Shown: in pieces, positions 63,970-64,000 of the stretch
Numbering within the stretch: the stretch's first letter is position 1
Layout of the letters: each line of letters opens with the position of its first letter
Origin: Candidatus Saccharimonadales bacterium
GTDB lineage: Bacteria > Patescibacteriota > Saccharimonadia > Saccharimonadales > JBGSXW01
DNA length: 64,000 nt
Direction: 5' to 3'
Assembly: GCA_041751215.1 (NCBI GenBank)
Contig: JBGSXW010000002.1
Coordinates: 286,591-350,590, forward strand
Program-made: the position numbers and the translations under genes
Notes under the pieces: generated by a model
What the model was told of the DNA's origin: nothing
Seen by the model: the letters and a program-made list of their open reading frames with translations, nothing else
Databases searched by the model: none

Positions 63970-64000
63970 TACAATGTCGTTCTCGTCTCTTGGTTGAGGC

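Overview
This is a mid-GC, gene-dense bacterial window. Its gene content includes the F-ATPase genes atpFHAGD, tpiA-pgk-pyk, folD/folA/folC/glyA/folP, murA/murB/murI, metG, tyrS, pcrA, umuDC, a sortase with LPXTG-type substrates, an Rpf-like muralytic protein, Zur plus a ZIP transporter, two-component systems and many tiny membrane proteins. That set fits a reduced Gram-positive-type genome such as a Saccharibacteria/CPR epibiont, but this is inference only. There are five tRNA genes (Glu, Lys, Arg, Tyr, His), all encoding CCA. The most striking observation is that four of the five tRNAs are each followed by a member of one homologous GC-rich module family. In each module, a second copy of that tRNA's own T-arm and acceptor 3' part is split inside the T-loop, right after TTCG, by a conserved 57-66 nt insert. 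The insert is built of GNA-triloop mini-hairpins with compensatory substitutions. The Arg copy is bounded by a perfect 19-nt direct repeat of the tRNA 3' end. This looks like a family of miniature tRNA-targeting mobile or integrative elements, or a tRNA-mimic RNA, and I cannot assign it to a described class. The second theme is at least seven short, sharply GC-richer segments at about 4.4-5.65, 8.44-8.93, 22.56-24.18, 25.2-25.8, 29.8-30.9, 32.85-35.2 and 40.5-40.96 kb. They carry orphan ORFs: a Zn-ribbon protein, paired mini membrane proteins, a PlsC-like acyltransferase, a proline-rich secreted protein, a 778-aa SGNH-hydrolase/M23-peptidase/repeat exoprotein and a 46-aa basic peptide. At least four of the ORFs have backbone-style AT-rich promoters, which is consistent with piecemeal acquisition from a high-GC donor. 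Two of them share a 3' UTR/terminator module. Other points are a SAM-riboswitch-like leader on metA, recurrent leaderless promoter geometry (-10 box 6-7 nt before the ATG), a UmuD-like protein lacking the Ser/Lys dyad, an HTH-MurA fusion and a MurI with GSTHYP. I recognised no CRISPR array, rRNA, transposase, integrase or reverse transcriptase ORF.
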